Assembly: GCA_051362555.1 (NCBI GenBank)
Contig: CM120646.1
Span: 3,162,001-3,226,000 of the forward strand
Reading direction: 5' to 3'
Length of the DNA stretch: 64,000 nt
Source of the DNA: Lingula anatina
Lineage: Eukaryota > Animalia > Brachiopoda
Positions 27,701-41,238 of the stretch are shown here, piece after piece (the stretch's first letter is position 1; the number at the start of each line of letters is the position of its first letter). Below the pieces are notes generated by a model that saw only the letters and a list, made by a program, of their open reading frames with translations, did no database searches and had not been told where the DNA came from. The translations under genes and the position numbers were made by a program.

Positions 27701-28320
27701 CCTTGCTGCTACCAGTTGGCAAGCGATCGCTACAGTCCTGCAACCGGTTTTCAGTCTCCAAGTGGTTGCTGACAGGTTGTTTATCGCTCGCCTAACGGTG
27801 TGCGACTAGTAACCTCTGACTTGAAGATTGTCTGTAAGAGGTTGCAGATACCATACTGTAACCTTGTTGCAACCGGTTAGCAACTGCTTGCCGATCAAAA
27901 TATGCAAATTAGGTCGCAAAGTGATCGCATGCGACCACCAGATTTTGTGGTTGCAAAGAGGTTGCCAAAAGGTTGCAAGCGCAGTGTGACCCAGCCTTTA
28001 GCCTGCCACTTTTTTCTTCTTTTTTTTTTTTTTGGGGGGGGGGGGGGGGAGGGGGTCGTATACTTTACGTCCTTGAATAAAGATACTATATTATATTATA
28101 TAGTATCTTTATTCAAGATACTATATACTATATTATATTTTGATGAACGCAAAGAGGAACCCTTACCTAGCAATGCGAGAGTCGACTCTCGGAAAGCTTC
28201 ATCCTGTTGAAAACACAAAATTGTTGTCCCCCACGCACCTTCAATACCCTTTTGAGTCATAAATAGAAGAATAGCAATCCCCAGTATAACCCAGCCTCTG
28301 TAGATACCAGGAGATATCAT
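21755..28320 (-). CDS. SLC16/MCT-like MFS transporter, copy E (430 aa)
   Basis: join 28320-28167, 24417-24106, 23995-23818, 23573-23456, 22920-22695, 22423-22280, 21915-21755; open frame, GT-AG. Confidence 0.85.
25585..27997. mobile_element. PIF/Harbinger DNA transposon with MADF-like remnant, intron 1 of copy E
   Basis: ~49-bp perfect TIR aggctgggtcacactgcgcttgcaacc.../...ggttgcaagcgcagtgtgacccagcct; TTA TSD; internal + strand FTIKEEEELVDFL / KENEFFYNQQLKDFKNK (frameshifted, MADF/Myb-like) at ~26480-26590; many ggttgc/gcaacc subterminal repeats. Confidence 0.85.
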
Positions 28321-29115
28321 CGCCGTGCGTCTTGATAATGAAAATCAAAAGACAGGTGTAGTGGTCTCTGTTAATGCGTTATAATCCCGAACTTATTGGG
28401 TGATTGAAAGAAACCCATACGTCCATGCACTGAGCATCATCCCTCCTAGACAGCCCGCGCCTTGACAGAATCAAACTATGCATTTTCACCTGTGCATGTG
28501 CGTCTGATCACTTGAATATCAACGTTTTTGAGTCAGCTACAAAATACTTAGTGTACTAAACATATAATAAATGCTGCCTTATCTGAATAAATGCTTCTGG
28601 CTATAAATATAAATACATCTCACAAATTAACCTCTCAAAACCATTTTAAGTGTGAAGTAGAAGCATCAAAACCAGTTTTAGTGTAAAGTGTAACTATCGC
28701 GGTCATAAAGGTTATCTGACACTGCTTTGATGGATCCACTCATGTGTTCCCCGGTTTCTATAGGTGGGTCATTAAGTAGAATAACCTGACACAAAAAACA
28801 TCTAAAGTGTGACCAAGATGTGGCATGCCATACAGGTACTAAAATATGTGTGTATAAACAGACGCCGAGGTTAGTGTAAGCCATTTAAAGCTGGGAAACA
28901 AGTACATTTGATAACAAAGAAAGAGCAAAACAACTGAACTCACCTTAAACATGTAGTGTCATCTACAAAGTTCACGCATTCCTCCGGTATATTCAGCAAC
29001 ACTATTCACGCTATTGGCACTGTACATGTACACTTTATACACGATAACACCATCAGAGAATCATGAGGGTGGCACAGGGTCTTCAGTACCATAGCTCTTT
29101 ACTACTGATCACTTG

Positions 29116-29381
29116 CAGGGGCGGATCCAGGATTACTTGAAGGAGGGAGGGTCCACTGATTCGGAGCCAACACGCCCCCCTTGGCGTGGGGTTCGGGGCC
29201 CGCTGAAGGGTATTGATATTTAAAAAAGTGAACGGTGTCATTTGGTACGGTTTACAGCTATGATTCAGCTAGTACAAATTCAAGAGGGGATCCCATTGGT
29301 GTTATTTTTTTCAGAAATCGAAGAGGGGGTTAGGACCCTCCTGACCCCCCCCCCCCCCCAAAAAAAAAAAAACCGCCACTG
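29116..29381. mobile_element. GC-rich MITE (caggggcggatcc...ccgccactg)
   Basis: Imperfect inverted ends with G/C runs; TSD not clear. Confidence 0.5.
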
Positions 29382-30627
29382 ATTTGAATCTAGTAACGTT
29401 CAATAAATTAAGCTTAGATGCATTGGCGCCCATGACTCACTTATTCAAGATAATTCTATAATTTACAGGTACATGCGCTAGAACAAGAACAAATACAGGT
29501 TAAAAACAATATATACCCTGAAAATAGTTGAATCAAAAATATCTTGTGAATGAATGAAGGATCGTGCCCTGATTCCGAAACATTTGCTCTCTTAATTAAA
29601 ACAGAAATTACGATACTGAGTTGGTATATTGACCGACTTCTAGCAAAGTGTTTTATTTAAAGACATTGAAGCACGTGTTTAAACAAATCTGAAGAGAACA
29701 TGATTTTACAATCCCTCAGTCCCCAGCTGGTCTTGGCCAGATGTGTTTTGGGTTTTGATATCAAATAGGCATTCCCCCACTTCATCTTGCTCTGGGTATA
29801 CAAATCTGCAGTGAACGTGATTTTGTTCTGAAAATTTCTCTATCTTGTGTCATCAAAGAAAATGAAGTGACAAAATATAATTTAACCGCTTTTTATTTCA
29901 ATTTATTTTTATTTCAATTTTTATTTCAAAATTTAAAAGTATCAATTCTGCATACTAGTGCAAACGACCACCAGACTATTGATCTCGTCAACATCACTGG
30001 GTAAAAGTACTGCTTTTCTGGTTTTACACAGATAATCAAACGTTTCAAATACGTTGTTGTTCATCAGTTATCTAAAAAATATTTCTGATTTCAGCAAAAT
30101 TTGTTCGGAAGCTGTACATATCCGTTGCTAGCTGTCGCGGTTTGCCCCTACTATTCAATAGAATATGCACATTGGGTACAAATTTAGAAAAAAAACGGTA
30201 GAAGAGCCAGAGGAAGTTTACTTATTCAGAGAAAATGGCTTCTTGAGAAAATTATTTATTTTCTCAAATAATGGCAGAGAGAAAACCTGAAGATGGCACC
30301 ACATGATAAACCAGAGGAGGTCATAATACACTGTCAATGAGGCACATTGCAAGGCAGTAAACTATAGCAACAAGGCCAGTATTTAGTTTGACTTCAAAAT
30401 AACCTATAGTGCAAAACCTTAAACAGCTTCACACTAAAATCTTTCTTTACTCTAGTTTGACGGTGAACTACCACGTTGTTTGGGATTTCTCAGTTAATTA
30501 ATACGAGATCTTGTGTGTGGACACATTGCATGGAGGGAACATCAAAGTCATATAATAATGGTCGATCCGAGTTGCCATTTGAAACTAAAGTTGTAATGCA
30601 TGGTAAACGAAGGTTATTTCCAAATAT

Positions 30628-33600
30628 TCAGTTGGATGAATTGTTGTTCTTCATCATTTCAAGACTTTTCAGATTTCTCCACTTATTGGTGAATATGAGC
30701 AAAGATGTTGCAAAAGCGAACACGCCAAAACATGACGCAATGGTCAGGAACACTGCGAAGTAGCTGCCCGTGACGTCACGGATATATCCTGAAGAATCAA
30801 AAGTATGAGTGTCAGAGGTCAATATAACAATGATAGGTTACAACGGGGTTTTGCTATTATGGGTGAGTAAAAAATTGCGTATTTGATACCATAAACATAA
30901 ACAGGATTATTGTTTAAATTATTACAAAGGTGAAATATTTTACGGTGGCAGAAGTAAATCTAATCATTTTATCTCCGAAGTAGAATTTATTTTCATCGGC
31001 GTGGAAAACCCGCAAAATTAAAATGGATATTAAAATGTTTTAATATATGTCAACTGGTGGCCGTAGTTCACCTAGAAATTAAAACGAATATTAGGATAGT
31101 AAAAGGCTATCTTAGCCTACCTTACGATTCCAAGACTTATTTTTCATAGTTGAGCATGCAGTCATTTGAGAAACGGTCAGTCTGCACGACCTAAACCTAC
31201 CTGCCAAAAAAGGCCCTGCAGTTCCTCCGACACCTTTGCTGAAACGCGCTGTCATGAACAGGGTATAGATGTTCTCTCCGTCCATGATTTCATAGTTAAC
31301 AGCATAATACCCGGCAAGGTATGAACCAATACAAAAACCCGAGACTAAAAAACAATTTAATTTTGGTTTAAAAAATTGCCATAAGAAATTCTATAATTTG
31401 GTTTTAACCAACACTGGCCTTCCCGTACCAATGGTAGGCATGACCAGTCGTACTAGATGGATGTATCTCTCTGCGGGGCTTCTCACTAAAGTCCTTTCAG
31501 TGTAATCACCTCAACTATCTGGCAGGTCCCCTTGAGTAACTAGAGGGTAATATTGGCTTTCGTTAAATACCCCGTAGCAGCTTGTGCAGGCGTGCAAGAC
31601 ATTTAAGCTGCTTACACTGAATTCATTTATACAAAATCTCCGCAGAGTTAGATTGATCCAGCTAATATAATGGATTTTATGAGAACACTCCCTAAAAAAG
31701 AATACATGTTAAATTTTTGTTCTATGCAATAATAGAGTTTTGCCTAAAATTGAGTTAGAAAATTAATCTAGTAGTATCTCTAACAGTTCAAAAACCGTAT
31801 TTACTATGAAGGCTTTATTCAAGTATTTAAAACATACCCACCAGCACAAAATACATATGCAGCAGTCAAAGATGTCGAATATGCAGCAATGATATTAATG
31901 ACACCCAGTACTGTAGCCAATACCAGGTTGGCCACCATAATATTCCCCTTCACATGGTCTCCAACCAGTGAGGCAAACGTCTGTCCAATCACACCCATGA
32001 TTCCAAATACTGCTATAACATACACGGTGTCCCTTTTTTTGTAACCAAGATCTGCCAAATGTGTCGGCTAAAGAAAAGAAACCAATATAAACAAAAGTGG
32101 TACATAAAATTCAAGATCCATCTGATTTAAGCGAATACAATTAAAACACTGGGTGAATTAAAAATAGTATGTTGTATTTCTTCCTTATATATTAAACCTA
32201 CACTTTCCGTAGCTCACATGCCATATTAACGTTCTTTTTTAGTTTCTTAGGCTCTTTAACAGTTGCGTACTCGTTTGACAGTAACTGAATTGTTTCAATT
32301 ATAATCAACTGAAAACAGCGCCGAAAACTAACGTTTTAAACAGCTTAATAAATATCAAGAAGCATTCTCAACCAATCAATACTAAGGCTATTACCAGACA
32401 CTTAACTCCACTACTATGTTTTAATTTTACATTCTGTTCTCTTAAAGACAAACAGTATAAACCTTCATATGACGAGGTATAGTTTTCTTAAAATACCCGT
32501 AGTCACCACTGTACACATTATTCAAACCCTTGACTTTATTAGGTTCAGTATAAACCTGTGTTTTATAATAGTCATAACTTAATGTGTGGGACACCAACTT
32601 TTCTGTGTCGCATTGGCTTTTCTTATCGAAATAAAAGGACAATTACATAAGCATGTATACTGAGGAAACTACTCAAAGATGTCATACTTACTATATTCAG
32701 TATTGTTTACTTACTAATATAACCATTGGTAAGAAATAAGCAAATCCATTACAGCACATGGCAACGGCCCAGATTGCATGAATAACAACTGTACAGCGCA
32801 CAGACCATGGTGGTTTCTGAAAAAATGGTAACCTGAAAGACCAATATCGGTCGTCTAGAGGCAAAAACAGATAACATTCATTCTTACATTTTAACAGCGG
32901 CCAAAAGTATTTGGTTTCAGGCATAATACAATGCAATAGTATAAGGAAATGCAGTATAAAATTGATACTTCTATGAGAAATGTAAATTGCTCTACTGGAC
33001 TACTTAAATCTCAATTAACATTATACACATGTAAATTGGTGTTTAGCAGCTAATTTGGATATTTCATATTTCCTATGCAATGGTTATTTATACATATTTG
33101 AGACTTTGTTGATTATTAGACCTTGAGAATGAAATACGCTTTATTACTTGGTTTATTAAAAGAAAAGGGCTTTCCTTCTGCTTAAACATATAAAGATAAA
33201 CATACTTTTCATTAGACCTATCTTCCATTTGTTCTGGTGGCGATAGTGGGGGTTTGCCGAACACCACAATAAAAAGAAAGCCAATGGAACCAAAAACAGT
33301 AGCATAAAGTCGAAATATCCAGCGCCATCCTAGTGACCGGTCGGCGCATATTTTAACATCAACAGCAGTTAAAATTGTTGCACCTGAAGATAGAGTTGAT
33401 AAAACATGAATAGTTTTACGTGTTTGATTGGAATTCCGAATTGAAAAGACGTAAAGCCTGTGAGTCCATTGAAACCAAAGTGCTCACTAAATACGTGCAT
33501 AGTAAAATACCTGATGCCATTTCCCGAAATAATTCCAAAACATATAGCCACAAACTGTGGACAATTGGCAAAGGACGTCGGAACCAGCCCCAGCACTGTT

Positions 33601-35725
33601 GAAAACACAATATTTTTGCCTCTCCCCCAACCTTCAATTCAATTTTGAGTCATAAACAGAAGAATAGCAATCCCCGATACATGTACAGCCCGCTCCTGTA
33701 AATACATATGTACCAGGAGATATCATTGTGGTACGCTTTTGTTATAATTTGTTATTATCCAGTAGTTAGAGCACTGGTGTTGTCAGATTTGTCTTGGTGA
33801 ATTTAATGGAAAATAAATGTCCATGAAATGAGAACCAACCAACCTAGGCTACTTGGGCCTTGACAACTCTTTTGCATGTGCGACTGAACCCTTAAATTTC
33901 AACTGTTTATTTCCGTTACGAAACACTTAGTTGACCACATTTAAAAACGTTGCACCGTCGTGTTTGAATAAATGCCACTGACCTCAGCAGGGCGCTGTTT
34001 ATTTGCATTAAAAGAAAATTATTTTAAAAAAACAGTTTTGGTTTGGAGTGGAAATGTAAGGCTAACAAAGGTCATGGAAAGGTTATTGCTTACACGCGAT
34101 GGATTCACCAATGTGTACCTTCTTTTCTATTTGTGTGTCCTTAAGTAGATACATAAAAATATCAATTGTGGTCGAGGTGAAAATTCTTGTCATACAGGCA
34201 CACAAGTCTTCGTGTATAGACAGAGGACAAGGTTAGTCCATCTAAGTCGTTTGCCGAAGCGTAACAAAGCTGTCACGAGATTTTTGTGCGTGTTAAATCT
34301 TGTTTTAAAAGGAAAAATAGGATGAAAGAAAGAAAAAGAAAGACAACTCAGATTGCGGCTGCAGCTGTCATTTACAAACGTCTTAAATATGTCTCCCATA
34401 ATATCAGGGTTATTGATGTGCAGAGTTTATACATGACTGCGTGTTCATAAACTGTCCCATAAGAGTAGCAGTGTCCCTTCCTTATCTATAACCAGTTACT
34501 TAAATCTAAGACACATCATTATAACTTGCAGGTGATACAGAGGTGCCAATGGAGCATCACAGTTACAATTATTCGCTATATACATAAATTACGAAAAGTG
34601 CCATCCCCAGTTCCATGATATTTAAACATACCCTTATTGCAAAATACTATTAATTCGAACTACAGGTGTAAAAGAAAGTGACCTGTACATGTAAGTAAAG
34701 GTGCTGTGAAAAATCTTGTAAAGGAAGTGCCCTGATATCGGAAAAGTTACATGTATAAAAGTGGTGACTCAAAAAATAATTATCAAAAGTTCAGATGTGG
34801 TATATTGGCCAAATTCATGCAGTCAAATTGTTTTATTTAAATTACTTACCAAGGAGTTCCATTACAGTCAACACACTGGTTGAGAAAACATGAAACCGGT
34901 GAGTCCACGGGAACCAATGTGCTATCACTATATATGTGGCTAATATAAGCAACCCGATGCCAGTTCCCGAAATAATTCCGAAAGCTATAGCCACAAATTG
35001 TGAACTATTGGCAAAGGACGTCAGTGCTAGTCCCAGTACCATAAGGGATACTCCAAGAGCTGTGAATTGCCGAAGACTCAGCTGTCCATATTTAAACAGT
35101 GCCATGTAGATAAGGTTACTGAGAGAGACTTTGAACGCTAGGAACACTGATAGCGGGGCCTCTGTAAATTAAAGAAATTTTGAATTTTGTACTTGTGTTT
35201 ATCTCCGATTCAATGTTATAGTACATGCTCTGTGGAAAAGTTTACAACTATATTAAAATTTTTCTGTTTAAATTTTGGATTTGAAAGAGAAAAAAGAATA
35301 TTGGTAGTTGTCATCGTAGATTGGTATTTGGATAGAGAATCTAATGTCTACTATATATATACAGATTTCGTATTTCAAATATATGTAAACATACTGCGCG
35401 AGGTTCTGTCCTTATTCTACGATCTGATAAACACCTAGCTTTTTCGTCCCTCCTTGCTTTGAAACCATCAACGTCAATCAAAGCTTCAATTTAAAATGAT
35501 GTTTTAATGTAACAGTTTCATGTAGCACAATCGCAATAAAATATATGTTTAAATAAAAGAAAAAGCCTTACCTAGCAGGGCGATAGATGACTCTGGAAAC
35601 CTTTCATCCTGTTTAAAACACAAGATAGTTGTCCCCCACGAACCTTCAATTCCTTTTTGAGTCATGAATAGAAGAATAGCAATCCCTAGTATAACCCAAC
35701 CTCTGTAGATACCAGGAGATATCAT
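30628..35725 (-). CDS. SLC16/MCT-like MFS transporter, copy F (430 aa)
   Basis: join 35725-35572, 35161-34850, 33383-33206, 32832-32715, 32067-31842, 31344-31201, 30788-30628; open frame. Confidence 0.82.
31455..31690. mobile_element. Older copy of the palindromic Harbinger-type MITE
   Basis: ctctgcggggcttctcacta..gggtaa..caggcgtgcaagacattt..ctccgcagagttagattgatccag; similar to 18597/35934; boundaries approximate. Confidence 0.5.
33440..33726 (-). pseudogene. Collapsed exon1-exon2 remnant inside intron 2 of copy F
   Basis: Decayed exon1 (ATG ~33726, ...ttgagtcataaacagaagaatagcaatcccc) joined at ~33598 directly to the middle of a decayed exon2 (VLGLVPTSFANCPQFVAICFGIISG), with frameshifts. 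Confidence 0.8.
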
Positions 35726-35933
35726 TACTGGGTATCTCTGTTATTGTGTTATGTAATCCTGAACGATATACTACTGGTGTATTTTCAGCATAAATTCTGG
35801 GCAAACTATTTTCGGAATAAACGTCGGACAACGTACACCTTAACAACATAGGGATTATAAACTTATGTATATGTGTGAGACACCACCCTGACTGCTTAGT
35901 CATAGGCTGTCAAAGGTTTAGTCCGCAGTTTAA

Positions 35934-36169
35934 GACCAGTTCAACACCTAGAACGATCTAGCAGGATCGACCCATCTCCGAGGGATTTCTCCCTAAACTG
36001 CTTTCAGTTTAAGCAGCTCTGATGTCTGGCACGCCTACTGAAGCTGTTAGGGGGTAATTAAGTATCGTTTAGCAGCTTCAGTAGGCGTGCCAGACATCTA
36101 AGTCTTAGAGAGAATCCCCTCGGAGATGGGTTGATCCTGCCAGATCAATCTTGGTAAGGGAACGGGGTC
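35934..36169. mobile_element. Harbinger-type palindromic MITE upstream of copy F
   Basis: TAA TSD, gacc..ggtc ends, strong internal hairpin gatgtctggcacgcctactgaagctg / cagcttcagtaggcgtgccagacatc. Confidence 0.75.
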
Positions 36170-37536
36170 TAACGCAGTGGACTGCATGTGAAATGCACTG
36201 GACATTCCAAAATATGATATTCCAGGGTGGACAATAGGTACCTTTTTACGCATATTAGTCACATATTATTGTGTTGCTTGAATCTGGTTATAGACCTGGA
36301 ATAGCTTTTGTCAACAACTCGACGACAGGATGAACGAAGGTAGAACGGTAGAACGAAGGTTTTGGTGCTAATCATCTGACCATAGTATAAAATGGATCAA
36401 GTTAAGAGGGACGTTGCATAGCCGGATGAACACAAATGAAGGTGATATGTATGAATGCATTCTCTATCGATTCTGTAGCGAGTAAGGCGTATATCACACT
36501 GCCAATATACAATCAAACAACCGATATGGACCTTCACCAAAAAGGTTTTTATTTGCAATTCACAGCCTAAAAAGTCTGAAAGAGGGAATTTTGCTTAGAC
36601 AAACGCTAATTAAACATACCCCTATAAAAATACTGTTGAATTGAACTACTTGCTATATTTTTTGCACTTTAAAACGTTTGAGTAAAGAAGAAGAGTAAAA
36701 AATGTTATATTGAGCAAAATTCTATCAGATTAAATTATTGTTTAAATGGTTAATGTTTACACTATTTATAAACCTGGTCCTTAATATTTCTTACACCCAT
36801 ATCTTTAAAATTTAACAAAACAAATGATTTATATATAGTTGGTATAGCAAATTGTTTCTCAAAGTTGTTCCATACTTATCATTAAATTTTAAAAAATCCG
36901 CGTCTGTAAGTGATGCTTGTTTCTGAGTTACGACATTACTACACTGTACTGCTTAATTCAATAACGGCTGAAAAGAGCAGAAGAAGCAAGGCGTGACGCA
37001 CTGAAAAAGAAAATACACAAAACGAGCTCACAACCACTTCGTCGGTTATTATCACGACGAACCTCATACGTCGATTAGATGTGGGTAAACCGTCATATAG
37101 GTAGGATCGGACGACCATGAAGTGCTATTCAGCGGTGCTCATATCACTCCACGCTTTCCACGTCTGAATAACATTTTCTTAACGTTTGTTGTGGTCGAAC
37201 CAAATATATAGCCCTGTGGAAAGGTGAATGGCGTTTACACCAAACCCCAAGCTTTGAGTGGTGCTCACATGAGCCAATGGGTTATGGGTATTTAGTGACC
37301 AGTTCTTCTGAATATTGAATATTCTGTTGTTATCTTTACCCGACGCATAACAGAATCGTTTTACTAGATAGCTCTGATATTTCTCTGGTTAACTCACTAG
37401 CTGTCCAGAAAGTATCTGTGCACAAGAACAACGTCATCTCTCTGTCGTCCGCTCGTAAAAAGAAAGTACTTTGCTGGTAGAAATTCAATTACAAAAAGTA
37501 TTATCCACATCATCAGTGCTATATAGTTTAACTTAA

Positions 37537-40500
37537 CTACTCTAACATCGTATGGCCGCTCTTTAGCAGTTCTAGACCATGAAGGTTTCTCCGCTTATTT
37601 ATAAATATAAGAACACCTGTTCCTAGGGCAAACACGCCGAAACATGAAGCAATTGCCAGAAACACTGTGAAGTAGCTTCCCGAAACATCACGAACATGAC
37701 CTGAAGAAATAATGATATTAATATTTAAGCGAGCTACAGTAAAAAAACTTAAAATTTTAAATTATACTTGAATTATAGTATCAAAACACTCAACACCCCA
37801 GCAGCGCTTTAACTTCCAATATTAGCTGATTTAGAAAAAAATGTATTGGTCGAAGCAAGAAAATATTGAAGATTGATATTTTTCAACAACAAAAAGGAAA
37901 AACAAAAGCCGCGTGTCCATTGAAGTCTTTAAATAAAAAGCGGCGAAATAGTCGAGATTTGTCAACAATGATTAAATATTTTACATATCTTGGATCAAAG
38001 ATATTTTAAAAAACTGAAATTTGTTTTTTTAAAGAAATGGACATTTGCACCTAGCGTACGTTGATCATGTTGTCACTCTGAAAACCTATTCCTACCCGCC
38101 AAATATGGTCCTACAGCAGCCCCGATACCTTTACTGAAGCGCATTGTCATGAATAAAGTATCAACATTCCCTCCGTCCATGATCTCATAGTTGACGGAAA
38201 AGTACACCATACAGCCTACGCTAAAACCTGATACTGAAAAACATTTAAAAATGATTCAAACCATAAAAATATTTTCGGATTTTTTGCTGGGTTTTGAACT
38301 GATTACGAGTAATACAACATTGTTTTATTGCTGGAGTACAATTGACATCGATTTCATTTATCAACACTAAAATAAATTTTAAAGACAATTCCAGCTAACC
38401 TTTAAAAGTGCCTGATGATCAAAGTAAATAGTGAAATAAAAGTGAAATAAAAATGAAATAAAAACACCTACCGGCACCATATACAAATATGGCCGTCAAA
38501 AAAGTCGAATACGCAGCAACAATATTATTGACAATGAGTACCGTAGCTGCTACCAGGTTCACCACCATCAAGTTCCCCTTTAGATAGTCCCCGGCGCAAG
38601 AGGTTAACGCCTCACTAACCATGCCCATGATTCCGAAAATGGCCATCACATACCCTGCTTCGTCTTCCGTATAGCCAAGGTCAGTCGTATGTTTTGGCTG
38701 AAGAAAACTAGTGCTAAATAAATGCTGTTTTTTTTATAAGTAATTTTGACACGTTTTAGCCCGTGTTAAAATAAATATAATCAATCGCTTCATGCAGTTT
38801 TTATTTGACCATGCTGTGTTCCGTTTAGCAATACGATTACCCTAGTACAATTACACAAGGAGTTAAAGAACAGAAAAAAGTCAAATTATTAAGACCAAGC
38901 TTATGAACTGTTGAAGTAACTAAACTTTAAAATTAGTAAGGTTTTTTAGCCACCCGATATACTTACCAGTATTATAAAAGGCAGAATATAACCGAATCCT
39001 TTACAGAAGACTGCCATGGCCCATAAGCCATGAATGCCCACTTTAGAACACGTAGACCAGGGTGGTTTCTGTAACAAACCTGATCTGAAAACAGGATCAT
39101 TTGAAACAAATTATTTTTGAATTTTGAAACCGACTTCCCTTCAATATATGTTTAAATTCCATTATTGCTGCGAATGTATATCTTATGGTCACCAGCACCT
39201 GGTCGTTGTAAATAATATCCATGGCTGAAGACTTGTTTTTATCATATCGAAGCAGAATTCGTCCTTTGCCAATTTCTATTCAGTAATGAGTAACTTAAAC
39301 AGTAAAATCAGAGTTTAGGAAATAATTTAAAATATCTTTATAAATTTATTCGGTCACAACAGAATAGTGCATTGTAGACATGGTATTGTGCTTATTTCTA
39401 GTACGGAAGAGCGTATTGCGCTTATATTAAGCAAATTGTCTACTGCTTGTGTGCAAAATTGTAATTATAAATGTGTATAAAAATCTGCTGAAAAAAATCT
39501 AGCGAATCAAGTGTTTTAAGTGGCCGTGCCCCTGTATATCAAACTTCAACGCACTCTTCAACGGCGCCCTTGTCTGGTTCATCTGATGACGTCATTGGAG
39601 GATTCCCGAATACCAAAAGTAGAAGAAGACCAAGGCATCCAAAGGTAGCTGCATAAACTCTAAACGCCCATCGCCACCCCAGAAACGTGGTTTCACACAT
39701 CTTTGCGTTAACGTTATTAAAGATGGACCCTCCTGAAGAAAATTATAAAGTTATCTATATCATAGCAAAATTCAGGAGGGAGAGAGGCGAAAAGAGATTT
39801 AGAGAGAGGTTAGATTTTACAAGTTTTATTATATGCTTGGATATTAAAATATGATAATATAATTTCCATATAAATTAATATATTAGACGATGCTTCACTG
39901 TTGTGGGTACTTACCAAGAGGTTCCAGAACATTCAGCGCAGTGGCTGAAAACACGTGAAATCTATGTGTCCAAGGGAACCAAATTACTATTAATAAATAC
40001 AAACTTATACAACACAATCCATTTCCAGTTCCAAACATGATGCCAAAGGCTATGGCCACAGAATGGGGACCATTAGCAAATGATGCCAGAAACAGTCCTA
40101 GCACTCTTAAAGATACCCCGACAGCTATAAACTGGCGAAGGCTAAGTTTTCCAGCCCCAGACAAAGTCATGAACACAAAGTTACTCAATGAGATCTTAAA
40201 TACACTGTACACTGTGAAAGGAATCCCTGAAAAACAGAAGTGAATGAAAGTCGAATAGATTTTATACTTTTTACAGAACGAGACCAATGTGAATTGATAA
40301 AGGCTCCCCTTTAAATGGCTGCATGTAAATGTCTAATATGAAATATCTTTCCTTACTAACTTATTGTATTAAATTTGTAAATTTTCTACACACTTCCCAA
40401 AATATATGAAAACGAATATGCATTTGCATAAATTATTACCGATGTCTAATATTCATGTATGTGGCAGGCAAATAAACCTCAGCAAAAGCAGGGTCAACAG

Positions 40501-40839
40501 AGCATCCTTAGGCTAAAGTTCTTAAGTTAGATTTTTCTATAATATTACGATAATAGAAAGGTCTTATGTTAAATGTGATTTAATATCTTATCTATCGGCC
40601 TTTCCCACCGCCCCAGCACCCCACACCCCTACTTGAAAAATAAATAATAATACAAAAAATAATACAAATTCATACAGGTTCTTACCAAGCTGCGCAAGGG
40701 ACGATTCCGGAAAATATTTATCCTTTTGAAAACATAAGATCATCGTCCCCCAGGATGCCTCAATGCCCGCTGAGGACATAAATGTTAGAATTGAAATCCC
40801 AAGTACCACCCAGCCTCTGTAAATAGCAGGAGATATCAT
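37537..40839 (-). CDS. SLC16/MCT-like MFS transporter, copy G (429 aa, second subfamily)
   Basis: join 40839-40686, 40226-39915, 39732-39555, 39084-38967, 38697-38472, 38233-38096, 37700-37537; open frame. Confidence 0.85.
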
Positions 40840-41023
40840 CGCTGCACGTAAGCAGTCTACCGGCCACTTGACATGTCCTTTTTAAGAATGCGACAAGTCT
40901 TCATTTTAGAGCTGATCCGAGTGCTGTCGTTCACGTTTGGATGAATTCAGGACAAAGGCTGTAATTGATTCCCAAGTGAACATTATTTGTCCAATTAAGA
41001 TTGTTGTTCCTCGAGAACTCTAA

Positions 41024-41238
41024 GGGCGCATTCCCATAGATTTTATATCGATCTATCCCCTTGGGGAGTCTCACTAGATTACTGTCAGATAATCCGGCTT
41101 AAATGTCCGTCCGGCCTACTTCAAGCTGTAAGGGGGTAATTAACTTCCGTGCGCAGTAGGCTGACTGCAACTTAGCGTGAACCCCCAGGGAGTTAGGTCG
41201 ATCTAGTAAGATCGATCTAAATTTCTGGAAATACCCTC
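41024..41238. mobile_element. Harbinger-type MITE upstream of copy G
   Basis: TAA TSD; empty site in H (cgagaactctaaatttcc, ~47975) and I (~56390). Confidence 0.8.
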
